A stretch of DNA of 64,000 nucleotides from Acidobacteriota bacterium (GCA_016934555.1 JAFGSS010000146.1:20061-84060); one strand, 5' to 3'; positions 47,420-58,172 are shown, counted from the first letter of the stretch. Program-made: numbers and translations. Notes: generated from the sequence alone by a model not told the origin.

Positions 47420-48748
47420 TTACAAGCCCAAACCCGCCTTGCGCCGGCGCAGTCTCCCGAGCAGACGGAAGAAATCGCGCACGCTCCGGCCGCCGGAGTA
47501 AACGGGTCTGCCGAGGCGCGCGGACAGGTCGCGCAGCGTGAGGTCGTCGAGCAGCTTTCCGTCCGGGACGGAGAGCGCCTCCCCGGGGACGATCACCCAA
47601 TCGCCCGGGTCCCGGCCGGCCAGGGCCTCCAGGATGTCGCGGCCGGCGAGCAGCCCGGCGACGGTGATCCGGCTTCCCATGTAGCGGTTCGGGGCGGAGA
47701 GGACCCGGAGCTTCATCCCGGAACGGCGGTTCCAGCGCCCGATGCATCTCTCGAGGAGGGGGAAGAAAAGGGCGCCCGTCACCAGGGTGCCACGCAGCGG
47801 GGGCGCCGGGCGGCGCCGGCGCGCCATGGCGGTTTCGAAATCGTCCAGGAAGGTGCGGACCATCCCGATGCCGTCCTCGATCTGGGCGAAGTCGCCGTAA
47901 TGCTCCGATTCCGGCACGGGCGCCCCCCCCTGGAGGTAGAATTCGTCGGCGAGGAAGGCGAAGGGGCTCCCGGTCTCCGCGCGAAACCCCTCCTGCCAGC
48001 CGGAGACCTCCGCGATCACGGCGCGGGCGTATTCGGGCGTCACCCCCCTCAGGCGGGTACGAGGGGGGCCGTGGTCGGACAACCCCACCGGGACGATGGC
48101 CACGGATCGCACCCCGGGGTGGAGGGCGTAGAGGGCGGACACGGTCTGCTTCAGCCGGGGGCCGTCGTTGATCCCCGGCATCAGCACGATCTGGGCGTGG
48201 AGCCGGATGCCGCCCCGGAGGAGTCTCTGCATCTTCCCGAAAAGGTCGTCGGGCCGTCTCCGTCCCAGGATCCGGGCGCGCAGGAGCGGATCGGAGGCGT
48301 GCACGGAAACGTACAGGGGGGACAGCCGCTCCTCGATGATGCGGCCGAGGTCCTGCCGCGTGGTGTTGGTCAGGGTGATGTAGTTGCCGTGCAGGAAGGA
48401 GAGCCGGAAGTCGTCGTCCTTGAGCACGAGCGCCGGCCGGGCGCCGGGGGGGAGCTGGTCGACGAAGCAGAACAGGCAGGCGTTCTGGCAGGTGCGGGTC
48501 TCGAATTCCTCGAGGGTGAGGCCCGGAAAGGGGTTGGCCTCGAGGTCGATGGCGCGGAGCCGGCGGTCCCCGTCGGGGGTCAGGACGCACAGTTCGGCCG
48601 CCTCCCCGGCGAGATGGAACCTGAGGGCCAGTTCGTCCGGTGTTTCGTGCCCGTCGACGGCCAGGATCCGGTCCCCCGGCCTGAGTCCCGCGCTTTCCGC
48701 GGCCGAACCGCGGGCCACCTCAAGAATTCTGACCCCTCTGGCCTTCAT
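47420..48748 (-). CDS. PDZ-domain / DUF512 radical-SAM-like protein
   Basis: N-terminal PDZ (GVRILEVARGSAAESAGLRPGDRILAV), then CQNACLFC (CxxxCxxC), then a DUF512-like remainder. 442 aa. Confidence 0.75.
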   Translation of the reverse strand: MKARGVRILEVARGSAAESAGLRPGDRILAVDGHETPDELALRFHLAGEAAELCVLTPDGDRRLRAIDLEANPFPGLTLEEFETRTCQNACLFCFVDQLPPGARPALVLKDDDFRLSFLHGNYITLTNTTRQDLGRIIEERLSPLYVSVHASDPLLRARILGRRRPDDLFGKMQRLLRGGIRLHAQIVLMPGINDGPRLKQTVSALYALHPGVRSVAIVPVGLSDHGPPRTRLRGVTPEYARAVIAEVSGWQEGFRAETGSPFAFLADEFYLQGGAPVPESEHYGDFAQIEDGIGMVRTFLDDFETAMARRRRPAPPLRGTLVTGALFFPLLERCIGRWNRRSGMKLRVLSAPNRYMGSRITVAGLLAGRDILEALAGRDPGDWVIVPGEALSVPDGKLLDDLTLRDLSARLGRPVYSGGRSVRDFFRLLGRLRRRKAGLGL

Positions 48749-49355
48749 TGTCGGTTTCCTGGTAGGAAGCGATGATCTTGATCGATTTGGAGGCGTAATG
48801 CAGGCCCGAAGCCACCGTGAGGGCCAGCGTGGCGTACACCACCAGGGGGAAGATCGCGGCGGCGGGGCGCAGGTCGAAATTGGCCAGCATGCATACGGCC
48901 ACGACCAGGAGCTGGACGGCGGTGGTGCATTTGCCGAGGAAGCTGGGCGGAAACTGGGAATGGCTCGTCTGCATGTGGATGACGAGCACCGACACGGCGA
49001 TCAGCACGTCGCGGCCGATGGTCAGGATCGTCAGCCAGGTCGGGATGTGGAGCGCCAGCGGCACCGAGGGGATCGTCAGCGTGATGAAGGCGGCCGTCAG
49101 CAGGATCTTGTCCGCCATGGGATCCAGGTAGGAGCCCAGGACCGTTTTCTGCTGCAGCTTCCGGGCCAGCAGCCCGTCCAGCCCGTCGGTGACGGCGGCC
49201 AGGAGGAAAACCACCGTGGCCGCCTTCGGGTGATCGTAGATCAGCAGGATCACGAAACAGGGGACGAACAGCATCCTCAGAATGGTCAACTGGTTGGCGT
49301 AGGTCAGAAGCAAGCGCGGACTCCTTTGAACGAACGGTCCCTCCGACGGGTACAC
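48720..49355 (-). CDS. pgsA: CDP-diacylglycerol--glycerol-3-phosphate 3-phosphatidyltransferase (CDP-alcohol phosphatidyltransferase family)
   Basis: ANQLTILRMLFVPCFVILL...AAVTDGLDGLLARKL...DPMADKIL is the CDP-OH phosphatidyltransferase signature D-G-x2-A-R...G-x3-D-x3-D. Exact start is uncertain; the track begins at GTG. Confidence 0.8.
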   Translation of the reverse strand: MYPSEGPFVQRSPRLLLTYANQLTILRMLFVPCFVILLIYDHPKAATVVFLLAAVTDGLDGLLARKLQQKTVLGSYLDPMADKILLTAAFITLTIPSVPLALHIPTWLTILTIGRDVLIAVSVLVIHMQTSHSQFPPSFLGKCTTAVQLLVVAVCMLANFDLRPAAAIFPLVVYATLALTVASGLHYASKSIKIIASYQETDNEGQRGQNS

Positions 49356-49441
49356 CCGTGTGCCGCCCTATCTTATCAGGAATCGTGCCAATTGTTGAAT
49401 AGATGCAGCGGGCCGCCGATAAGGATAGGGGAGGAAGAGCG

Positions 49442-50545
49442 ATGTCGCTGTCCGGAAGACTGAAAACGATGGACCTGCCCGAGGTCCTGCAGTGGGTGGC
49501 GGTCGGCAGGAAGACCGGCACCCTTTCCCTGGTGAGGGACAAGACCAAGGTCTATATCTATTTCCGGGACGGGGACATCATCTCCTCCAGTTCCAACGAT
49601 CCCACCAAGCAGCTAGGGCAGTTTCTGCTCTTCCAGGGGAAGGTGACCGAGCCGGAACTCAAGCGCGCGTTCGAGCTGCACCTGCGCTCGCGCGTCATGC
49701 TGGGCAAGATTTTGGTCCAGGAGAACCTCGTCGCGCAACCGGATGTCGAGGCCGCCCTGAAGGCGCGGACGGCCGAGGTGATTTACGACCTGTTCCTATG
49801 GGACGACGGTTACTTCCACTTCACCTCCGGGGGATACAACCTCGACCGGCTGATCCAGATCAAGGTGGACATCCACACCCTCATGTTCGAGGGGGTCCGG
49901 CGGAAGGACGAGTGGGCCCGCATCCGCTCGGTGTTTCCCGGCAACCACATCGTTCTGACGCTCCGCGCCGGCGTGGATCTCAAGGCGCAGACCCTCACCC
50001 CGCTGCAGAAGAAGCTGGCCTACCTCCTGACCCTGAAGAAACCGATCTCGGAGATCATCCTGGAACTGCACGGTTCCGATTTCCTGGTCAACTTCGAGCT
50101 GTTCCAGCTGTACGAGAAGGGGATCGTGGAGGTGCTGGAGTCGATCCCGGCCCCCATGGAGGCAGAGAGCCCCGCCCGGCTCTTCAACAAGGGGCTGGAG
50201 CTGATGCAGAGCCGGAACTTCCGCGAGGCGATCGCGGCGTTCCAGGAGGTGCTCCGGCTTGACCCGCAGAACGCCTGGGCCTCGGAGCAGATCGACCGGG
50301 CGGAAACCGCCCTGTGCCAGGAATACTACCGGACCGTCATGCCCCCGGCCAAGGTCCCCTGCTTCCTGGTGTCGGACGACGCCCTGCCCGGGTACCATCT
50401 CTCCCACGAGGAGGGGTTCATCGCCTCCCGCATCAATGGGACGTGGGACGTCAAATCGATCGTGATGCTGTCGCCCCTGAGGGAGATCGAGATCCTGGAG
50501 GCTCTCGACCGGATGTTGAAACTGGAGCTGATCGCGCTCCGGTGA
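49442..50545 (+). CDS. DUF4388-domain protein with C-terminal TPR-like segment
   Basis: ATG at 49442 is preceded by a GGAGGAAG Shine-Dalgarno. MSLSGRLKTMDLPEVLQWVAVGRKTGTLSLVRDKTKVYIYFRDGDI matches the DUF4388 N-terminal domain. NFREAIAAFQEVLRLDPQNAWA is TPR-like. It is the only plus-strand gene in a ~28 kb minus-strand run. Confidence 0.65.
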   Translation: MSLSGRLKTMDLPEVLQWVAVGRKTGTLSLVRDKTKVYIYFRDGDIISSSSNDPTKQLGQFLLFQGKVTEPELKRAFELHLRSRVMLGKILVQENLVAQPDVEAALKARTAEVIYDLFLWDDGYFHFTSGGYNLDRLIQIKVDIHTLMFEGVRRKDEWARIRSVFPGNHIVLTLRAGVDLKAQTLTPLQKKLAYLLTLKKPISEIILELHGSDFLVNFELFQLYEKGIVEVLESIPAPMEAESPARLFNKGLELMQSRNFREAIAAFQEVLRLDPQNAWASEQIDRAETALCQEYYRTVMPPAKVPCFLVSDDALPGYHLSHEEGFIASRINGTWDVKSIVMLSPLREIEILEALDRMLKLELIALR

Positions 50546-50600
50546 CGGTGCGGGCGCGGAAAACCGGAGAGCCGTCGGGTTCCCCGCGCCCGCACTCCGG

Positions 50601-52823
50601 CTACTCCGACGGGATGCGGAACTTCATGCCCGCCATGAAGTTCAACCGCAGGGCGGGGTAGCCCAGGTTTTCCTCGTACTTCCGGTTCAGCAGGTTGTTG
50701 AGCCTGCCGTAGACCTCCACCCCCCGGAGGAGGCGGTAGGCAAAGCCCGCATCGGCCCTCACATAGCCGGGATTGGCGAAAAACGGCTGCCCGAACGCCG
50801 GCTCCACGTCGAGCGTTTCCCCCCGGATGTAGGCGGTGGTGTTCAGCGTCAGCCGCCGGTGGTTCCAGGTGACGCCGTAGCTGCCGGAATGGCGGGGGCG
50901 GCGCAGGAGCGGCTGCCCCACGGTATAGGGGGCGTTGGCCTCGGAGCTCCCTTCCAGCGCCAGGATATCCGTGTCCAGGAAGGTGTAGGCCCCGGTGAGC
51001 TCGAGCGAATGGACCGGGCGCACCCGCAGGGTGAACTCCAGTCCCTGCGCCCTGGAATTCTTCAGGTTGTCCGAGGTGTAGTCGCTCAGGTTGGCGACCG
51101 ACCCGCCCAGGGTGACGATCTGATCCCGGAACCGGTTCAGGAAATAGGTGACGTCCACGATCGCCCTGGAATCGAAAAGCGCCTGTTCCACCCCGGCGTC
51201 GAAACTGATGTTGCGCTCGGGCTTGAGCCCGGGGTTGTCGGTGAAGGCGAGCTCGAACCCGTCCGGCGGCCGGATTCCGGTGCCGAAGCTTCCATGAAGC
51301 CGCGTGGAGCCGAAGGCGCCCTCCCCCCCGTCCTCGCGCGCGATGTAGGCGGCCGAAACGCGCGGGTTCGCCTGGACCACGGTGGACGCGGGGATGGCGG
51401 GGCGGGTCCAGCCGTCGGAGGGGATCCGGCTGGTCCGGAGGTGATCGATGCGCAACCCCCCGATCAGGTGCAGCCGGCCGGTGGGGCTCCAGCGCCCTTC
51501 GGCGAAGTAGGCCAGGCTGGTGCGGGGCAGGAGAAAGGGGGCGAACTGGTCGTCGGTGATGTAGGAGTGTTTCGTCTGTTCCCGGTTGAATTCGAAGCCC
51601 GCCGCCAGGGAGGCCGTGTCGGCGAGCACGATCTCGGTGCGGGTGTTGAACAGGCCGCGCAGGTTGTCCGCCCCGTAATCGCCCCAGGTGGAGATGTAGT
51701 ACAGGTCGTTGGTGGTGAGGCTCACGCCGGTGACCTGCCGCACGCGGGAGGAGAACTGTTCGGTGTGGCCCAGCCGGTACCCGAACAGGTTCTGCTTGCC
51801 GCGCGAGACGGTGTCGACCGTGTGACCGGGGTTGGTCCCCCCGGGGTCGCTGCCGTAGGCGCCCGGGGCGCCGGCGTCGTTGGCGTTGCCGAAAAAGCTG
51901 AATTCCAGCTGCCGCCGGTTGCCCTGCCGGTAGCCCAGGTTGAGGAAGGCGCTCTGGTTACGGTAATGGTCGTTGGCGACCACCCCGTCGGAATCGAGCC
52001 GGGAGAGGTTGTAGGCCCAGCTGAACCCTCCCGCCAGTCCGCTCCCGCCGGTGGCGAAGCGGCGCGTGGAGTAGCTCCCCCCCTCGGCCAGGGCGGTGAA
52101 TTCGGGTGCTCCCTCCCCGCGGCGGCTGACGATGTTGATGACGCCCGTGACGGCGTTGGCGCCGTACAGGGCGCTCTGGGGGCCGCGGGTGATTTCCACA
52201 CGCTCGATGCCGTCGGCCGGAAGGGAGGCCATATCCATCCCCCCCCCGAAATCGTTCATCGGGACGCCGTCCACCATCACCGAGTTGTACTTGGACTCCC
52301 CGCCGCGGATGAAGACCCCGGTCACCCCGCCGCGGCGGCCGGTCTGGCTGACTTCGACCCCGGGGATGCCGCGCAGGGTTTCGTAGGCGTTCTGCGCCGC
52401 CCGGTCCTCCAGTTCACGGCCGGTCACCAGGCTGACCGAGGAGCCGAGCTGGGGGAGCAGCGCGCCTCCGAGGCTGGAGGAGACCACCACCTGTGTCGTC
52501 ATGGCGCTCAGCTTGAGCCGGAGGTTGCGGGTTTCGGTCCCGTCGCCGGCGACGGCGGCCTCGACCGGTGCCGCTGCCAGCCCGGGCGCTTCGGCCGTCA
52601 GCCGGTAATTCCCGTCGTCGAGGTTCTCGAACCGGTAGGCCCCCTCGGCGTCCGTCTGCCGCTCCCCTACGACGACGAGGGAGCGGAGGATACTGACCCG
52701 GGCGTCGGGCACGGCTTTGCCGTCGGGGTCGGTGACGATGCCGGTGAGCGTTCCCGCCGCCAGTGCGGCCGGGAGAGCCAGGGCGATCAGGATGGCAATA
52801 AAGAGCAGTTTATGAAGTCGCAT
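50601..52823 (-). CDS. btuB: TonB-dependent outer-membrane receptor (carboxypeptidase-regulatory-like N-domain plus plug plus barrel), probable cobalamin receptor
   Basis: Signal peptide MRLHKLLFIAILIALALPAALAAG, then a CarbopepD_reg-like segment (TLTGIVTDPDGKAVPDARVSI), then a TonB box/plug, then a C-terminal barrel ending ...MAGMKFRIPSE. It is the last gene of a riboswitch-controlled operon. The btuB name is inferred from that context. Confidence 0.85.
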   Translation of the reverse strand: MRLHKLLFIAILIALALPAALAAGTLTGIVTDPDGKAVPDARVSILRSLVVVGERQTDAEGAYRFENLDDGNYRLTAEAPGLAAAPVEAAVAGDGTETRNLRLKLSAMTTQVVVSSSLGGALLPQLGSSVSLVTGRELEDRAAQNAYETLRGIPGVEVSQTGRRGGVTGVFIRGGESKYNSVMVDGVPMNDFGGGMDMASLPADGIERVEITRGPQSALYGANAVTGVINIVSRRGEGAPEFTALAEGGSYSTRRFATGGSGLAGGFSWAYNLSRLDSDGVVANDHYRNQSAFLNLGYRQGNRRQLEFSFFGNANDAGAPGAYGSDPGGTNPGHTVDTVSRGKQNLFGYRLGHTEQFSSRVRQVTGVSLTTNDLYYISTWGDYGADNLRGLFNTRTEIVLADTASLAAGFEFNREQTKHSYITDDQFAPFLLPRTSLAYFAEGRWSPTGRLHLIGGLRIDHLRTSRIPSDGWTRPAIPASTVVQANPRVSAAYIAREDGGEGAFGSTRLHGSFGTGIRPPDGFELAFTDNPGLKPERNISFDAGVEQALFDSRAIVDVTYFLNRFRDQIVTLGGSVANLSDYTSDNLKNSRAQGLEFTLRVRPVHSLELTGAYTFLDTDILALEGSSEANAPYTVGQPLLRRPRHSGSYGVTWNHRRLTLNTTAYIRGETLDVEPAFGQPFFANPGYVRADAGFAYRLLRGVEVYGRLNNLLNRKYEENLGYPALRLNFMAGMKFRIPSE

Positions 52824-53622
52824 AGGATGTTTCCTCTTCAATGACGGGGAGGACCTCGACCCGGGAGCCCGTCAGGCTACGGATCGAAAAGTCCAGACCG
52901 AATATTTGTTGGAGATGTTCCCGCGTCAGCGCCTCCCCGACGCTCCCCTGATAGAGGACCCGTCCCTTCGTCATCAGGATGATGCGGTCGCAGAAGGCGC
53001 CCAGGAGGTTGATTTCGTGCGACACCACCAGGGTGGCGAGGTTCTGTTCGCGGGTGATGCGCTGCACGAGCCGCATCAGTTCCACCTGGTAGTTGATGTC
53101 CAGGTTCGCCGTGACCTCGTCCAGGAGCAGGATCGGGGTCCGCTGCGCCAGCGCGCGCGCCAGCAGCAGCCGCTGCTTTTCCCCCCCGGAGATTTCCGTG
53201 ACGCGCGCGCGGAGGTGGCGCGTCATCTGCGTCATCTCCAGCGCCTCCAGGGTGAGGGCCTCGTCCTTCCCCGTTTCGAACCCGAGCAGCGACAGGTGGG
53301 GCGCCCGCCCCTGCATGGCGAACTGAAGGACCGTCTGGTACGGGTCGAGCCCGCCGTTCTGGGGGACCATGGCGATATGGCGCGCGATCTCCTTGCGCCT
53401 CATCCCCGACAGGGGACGTTCGCCGTCGACGAACACCTCGCCGGCGAGCGGCCGGACGATCCCGTCGAGCAGCCTCAGGATGGTGGTCTTGCCGCAGCCG
53501 TTGGGCCCGACGATGCCCGTGAAGGTCCCGGGGCGCAGGCCGAAGGAGATGTCGCGCACGATCGGCTTGTGGTAGTCGAACGCGATCCCGCGCGCCTCCA
53601 GGATGAAGCGGCCGCCGCTCAT
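52810..53622 (-). CDS. btuD: ABC transporter ATP-binding protein (FecE/BtuD-type)
   Basis: ATG at 53622. Walker A GPNGCGKTT, signature ISGGEKQRLLLARAL, Walker B ILLLDEVT. It overlaps the permease by 4 nt (ATGA). Confidence 0.9.
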   Translation of the reverse strand: MSGGRFILEARGIAFDYHKPIVRDISFGLRPGTFTGIVGPNGCGKTTILRLLDGIVRPLAGEVFVDGERPLSGMRRKEIARHIAMVPQNGGLDPYQTVLQFAMQGRAPHLSLLGFETGKDEALTLEALEMTQMTRHLRARVTEISGGEKQRLLLARALAQRTPILLLDEVTANLDINYQVELMRLVQRITREQNLATLVVSHEINLLGAFCDRIILMTKGRVLYQGSVGEALTREHLQQIFGLDFSIRSLTGSRVEVLPVIEEETSYATS

Positions 53623-54668
53623 TTGTCCCTCCCCCTGCGGTGCAGGAGATAGATGAAGAGCGGGGCGCCGCACAGCGCGGTGACGATCCCCACCGGGAGC
53701 TCGGCCGGGGAGAGCATGGTCCGGGCGAGGGTGTCGGCCAGCAGGGTGAAGATGGCACCGAAGATGAAGACGGTGGGGATCAGGATGCGGTTGTCGCCGC
53801 CGAAGAGCATGCGCCCCATGTGGGGGCAGATGAGGCCGATGTAGGCGATCGGGCCGCTGATGGAGACCACGGCCCCGGTGATCAGGGACGCGATGATGTA
53901 GACGGCGGTCTTGACGCGCCGGACCTCGACCCCGAGGATCAGGGCGTCCTCCTCCCCCATGCCGATCAGGTTCAGGCTGTGGGAGAAGAGATAGAGGAGG
54001 CAGACGCCCGCGAACACCAGCGCCGTCACGGGGTAGATGGAGGCGTCCACCGGTCGGCTGAGATCGCCGATGAGCCAGTAGAAGATCCCGCGCAGGTCCG
54101 CCTGGTTGATGCTCGTCAGCAGGAACACGTTGATGGAGGAGAGGAAGGAGGCCAGGACAATGCCCGCCAGCAGCAGGCGCTGGGAGTTGTCGGCCGTCCT
54201 CCGTCCGCCGCTGGCGGTCAGGTAGACCGCGCCGACGGTGAAGGCGGCCCCCAGGAACGCGGCCAGCGGACGGCCGAAGGCAAGGCCCCCGCCCATGGCC
54301 GCGAACCCGGCCCAGCCGGCGACGATGGAATAGAGGATGGTGCCCAGGGAGGCGCCCGTGGAGACCCCCAGGACGTAGGGGTCGGCCAGGGGGTTGCGCA
54401 GCAGCGACTGGAACGCGGTGCCGGCCGCCGCCAGGGCGGCGCCCACCAGCGACCCCAGGAGCACCCGGGGAAGCCGGACGGAGAAAAGGACCGCCTCGAG
54501 GGGGTCCCCGCTCGAGACGCCCGACAGCCGGTCGGCCACGAGGCCGAGCGACGTCCGGACCGGGATCGGGACGCTGCCGATGTTGAGCGACAGGATCACG
54601 GCCAGGACCCAGACCCCGAGGAGGGCCAGGCTGACCATCGCGATCCTGGTGCCGGAGAGACGGTTCAT
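53619..54668 (-). CDS. btuC: FecCD-family ABC permease (BtuC-like)
   Basis: ATG at 54668 (MNRLSGTRIAMVSLALLGVWVLA...). It has ~9-10 TM helices and ends LFIYLLHRRGRDK, typical of FecCD/BtuC. The track ORF starts 669 nt too early in Arg/Gly-rich junk. Confidence 0.9.
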   Translation of the reverse strand: MNRLSGTRIAMVSLALLGVWVLAVILSLNIGSVPIPVRTSLGLVADRLSGVSSGDPLEAVLFSVRLPRVLLGSLVGAALAAAGTAFQSLLRNPLADPYVLGVSTGASLGTILYSIVAGWAGFAAMGGGLAFGRPLAAFLGAAFTVGAVYLTASGGRRTADNSQRLLLAGIVLASFLSSINVFLLTSINQADLRGIFYWLIGDLSRPVDASIYPVTALVFAGVCLLYLFSHSLNLIGMGEEDALILGVEVRRVKTAVYIIASLITGAVVSISGPIAYIGLICPHMGRMLFGGDNRILIPTVFIFGAIFTLLADTLARTMLSPAELPVGIVTALCGAPLFIYLLHRRGRDK

Positions 54669-55648
54669 CGGAACCTCTCCGGGTAGAGCTGCCGTGCCAG
54701 ATCCTCCACCCCGTCCACGAACAGCGGCGAGGGGTGCTGCAGGTACTCGCTCAGGTAGTAGACCCGGCCCTCCCGGACGGCCCGCAACTCCTTCCAGCCG
54801 GGGGTGCGGTCGAAGCGCGGCAGAGGGTCCCCCTCGTGCTCGATGGTGAGGATGGCGTCCGGGTCGCTGACCAGGACCTGTTCCAGGCTGTAGCGCGGGT
54901 AGTACTGGGGAATGTCCGAGGAGATCGAAACCACGCCGGCCAGCGCCAGGACGTCGTTTTCGAACGTGTTTTTGCCCGGGGCCAGCAGGGGATCGAACCA
55001 GGTGATGAAGAAGGCGCGCACCGGGGGGAGCCCCTCGATCCGGCGGCGGACGGTAGCGAGGCGCTCCCTCATCCGGGACACCAGCTCGCGCCCCTCTCCG
55101 GCGCAGTCGCTGATGCGGCCGATCTCCTCCACCGTGCGGAAGATCTCCTCGGCCGAGCGCGGGGCGACGATATAGACCGGAAGCCCCAGGCCGGTGAGCT
55201 TCGTTACGGCCCCCCGGTCGTTCCCCGCCGTGGAACCGATGACGAGGTCCGGCCGGGCGGCCAGGATCACCTCGTAGTTGGGATTGAGCAGATCGCCGAT
55301 CTTGGGGAGCGCGCGCGCCGCCTCCGGCCAGGCGCACAGCGTCGTCACCCCGATCAGGCGGTCCCCGGCCCCGAGCATGAAGAGGGTCTCGGTGACGTTG
55401 GGCGCGAGCGAAATGATGCGCCGGGGGCGCCGGGGGAGGAGTACGCGCCGGCCGATCCCGTCGGTGACCTCCACCCGCTCTTCGCCCGGTTCCACCACTG
55501 CGCCCGCCCCGTGTTCTCCCGGCCCCTCAGCCGGGCGGGGGGTGCAGCCCGGGGTGAAGCACCCGGCGAGCAGGGCGAGGACGGCCGCGACCAAGCGCGC
55601 GCGCGCCGACAATGTTGGGGAACGGTACGGATCGGTCTTCCGGGACAT
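54665..55648 (-). CDS. btuF: Periplasmic substrate-binding lipoprotein of iron-siderophore/cobalamin ABC family (BtuF-like)
   Basis: Lipobox LLAGC, then RIISLAPNVTETLFMLGAGDRLIGVT (class III PBP/BtuF-like). It overlaps the permease by 4 nt and is the first gene after the riboswitch. Confidence 0.85.
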   Translation of the reverse strand: MSRKTDPYRSPTLSARARLVAAVLALLAGCFTPGCTPRPAEGPGEHGAGAVVEPGEERVEVTDGIGRRVLLPRRPRRIISLAPNVTETLFMLGAGDRLIGVTTLCAWPEAARALPKIGDLLNPNYEVILAARPDLVIGSTAGNDRGAVTKLTGLGLPVYIVAPRSAEEIFRTVEEIGRISDCAGEGRELVSRMRERLATVRRRIEGLPPVRAFFITWFDPLLAPGKNTFENDVLALAGVVSISSDIPQYYPRYSLEQVLVSDPDAILTIEHEGDPLPRFDRTPGWKELRAVREGRVYYLSEYLQHPSPLFVDGVEDLARQLYPERFR

Positions 55649-55699
55649 TTCAGGTCTCTTTCTCGCGAAGAGCGGACTGAAACAGGTGACGAGGCAGGT

Positions 55700-55895
55700 T
55701 TCCTGGCTTTCGGGTCGACGCCGGGCATCTCGCCTTCCCCGTTCGATGTCAACGAGTGGCGGGCGCTATGGATCTGCTTGGCCGCAGATGCCGGCTTTCC
55801 GATTACAGTGGCGGGACCGCGTGGGACTCTCACCCACTTCCCTTTTACCCCCGTGCGGGGCACCCCTGTCACATTTCAGAGAACGTAAATATCAA
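55700..55895 (-). ncRNA. Cobalamin (adenosylcobalamin) riboswitch
   Basis: The minus-strand leader reads ...GGGGUGCCCCGCACGGGGGUAAAAGGGAAGUGGGUGAGAGUCCCACGCGGUCCCGCCACUGUAAUCGGAAAGCCGGCAUCUGCGGCCAAGCAGAUC... It carries the conserved GGUGCC, AAAAGGGAA and GGUGA(R)AAUCC-like elements. It also carries the B12 box GCGGUCCCGCCACUGUAA (consensus ...CCCGCCACUG...). It sits between a -10 element and the btuF start codon. Confidence 0.8.
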
Positions 55896-55901
55896 AGGCG
55901 A

Positions 55902-55931
55902 ATTGTTACCCCAACCCGCCCGGTTTGTCAA
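55902..55931 (-). promoter_or_regulatory. Candidate sigma70 promoter of the btu operon (TTGACA - 17 nt - TAACAAT)
   Basis: On the minus strand, TTGACA lies at 55931..55926 and TAACAAT at 55908..55902 with exact 17-nt spacing. This is immediately upstream of the riboswitch aptamer. Confidence 0.4.
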
Positions 55932-55938
55932 AAAATAA

Positions 55939-56991
<1,053 letters not shown>

Positions 56992-57094
56992 GTTTCCCCC
57001 GTAAAAAAGAGAAGTCTATCGCAGGCGGCGGGGATTGCAAGAATATCGGGCGCGCCGCTTCCGATTCCCTTGTGTCCCGGGGGCTTTGCGGCAA

Positions 57095-57103
57095 TGATAT
57101 AAT
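57095..57103 (+). promoter_or_regulatory. Candidate -10 element (TGATATAAT) for tsaD
   Basis: tgaTATAAT lies 38 nt upstream of the tsaD ATG, in a 149-nt divergent intergenic region shared with mtnA. Confidence 0.3.
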
Positions 57104-57140
57104 TCGTGGGGTCCGGACGGGGCGCCCGAGAGAGAGGCTT

Positions 57141-58172
57141 ATGCTGGTACTGGGAATCGAATCCTCCTGCGACGAGACCGCCGCCGCCCTGGTGCGCGAC
57201 GGGCACGAGGTGCTTTCGAGCGTCATCGCATCGCAGATCGAGACGCACCGCGCCTTCGGGGGGGTGGTCCCCGAACTGGCCAGCCGGGAGCACCTGCGCA
57301 ACATCGGCTACGTGGTGCGGCAGGCCTTCAGGGAAGCGGGCTGCCGACAGGAGGAGATCGACGGGATCGCCGTCACGCGGGGGCCCGGGCTGATCGGCTC
57401 ACTCCTGGTGGGCGTGTCCTACGCCAAGGCGATGGCCTGGGCGACCGGCAAGCCCCTGGTGCCCGTCCACCATATCGAGGGGCACATCTTCTCGGCCTTC
57501 ATCGAGAACCCGGGGATCGAATATCCCCTGCTGGCGCTCACAGTGTCGGGCGGGCACACCTCGCTCATCCACGCCCCGCAACCGGGGCGGTACGAGGTGA
57601 TCGGGCGCACGCGCGACGACGCCGCCGGGGAGGCGCTCGACAAGATCGCCAAGTTCCTCGGGCTGGGATACCCGGGCGGACCCGTCATCGACCGCCTGGC
57701 GCGGGACGGGGACCCCCGGCGCTTCCCCTTTTCCATCCCCAAGATCAGCGACGGGCGGCTCGATTTCAGTTTCAGCGGATTCAAGACCGCCGCCTTGCGC
57801 CATATCGCGGAGGCGGGCATCCGGCCGGTCAGGCCGGGAGCCCCGGTGCCGCAGGTGATCCTCGACCTGGTCGCGAGCTACCAGCGGGCCATTGTCGACA
57901 CCCTGATCGGGCAGGCGAGGAAGGCCGAGGCCCGGCTCGGTCCCCGTTCGCTCCTTCTGGTGGGGGGGGTGGCGTGCAACAGCCTCCTGCGGGCGTCCTT
58001 CCGGGAGACTTTCGAGGACGGCCGGCTGCCCGCGCGCGTCTACATCCCCAGCCCGGCCTACACCACCGACAACGCCGCCATGATCGCGGCGGCGGCGAGC
58101 CCCCGGTTTTCCGGCTCCCCGTCCCTCGATCTCGAGCTCAACGCCTCGGCCGGCCTTCCGCTGGTCGGCTGA
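57141..58172 (+). CDS. tsaD: tRNA N6-adenosine threonylcarbamoyltransferase TsaD
   Basis: [18 protein letters not shown]...[10 protein letters not shown]...[10 protein letters not shown] shows the Kae1/TsaD metal-binding HxxH motifs. The track ORF begins 69 nt upstream in Arg-rich sequence. Confidence 0.95.
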   Translation: MLVLGIESSCDETAAALVRDGHEVLSSVIASQIETHRAFGGVVPELASREHLRNIGYVVRQAFREAGCRQEEIDGIAVTRGPGLIGSLLVGVSYAKAMAWATGKPLVPVHHIEGHIFSAFIENPGIEYPLLALTVSGGHTSLIHAPQPGRYEVIGRTRDDAAGEALDKIAKFLGLGYPGGPVIDRLARDGDPRRFPFSIPKISDGRLDFSFSGFKTAALRHIAEAGIRPVRPGAPVPQVILDLVASYQRAIVDTLIGQARKAEARLGPRSLLLVGGVACNSLLRASFRETFEDGRLPARVYIPSPAYTTDNAAMIAAAASPRFSGSPSLDLELNASAGLPLVG

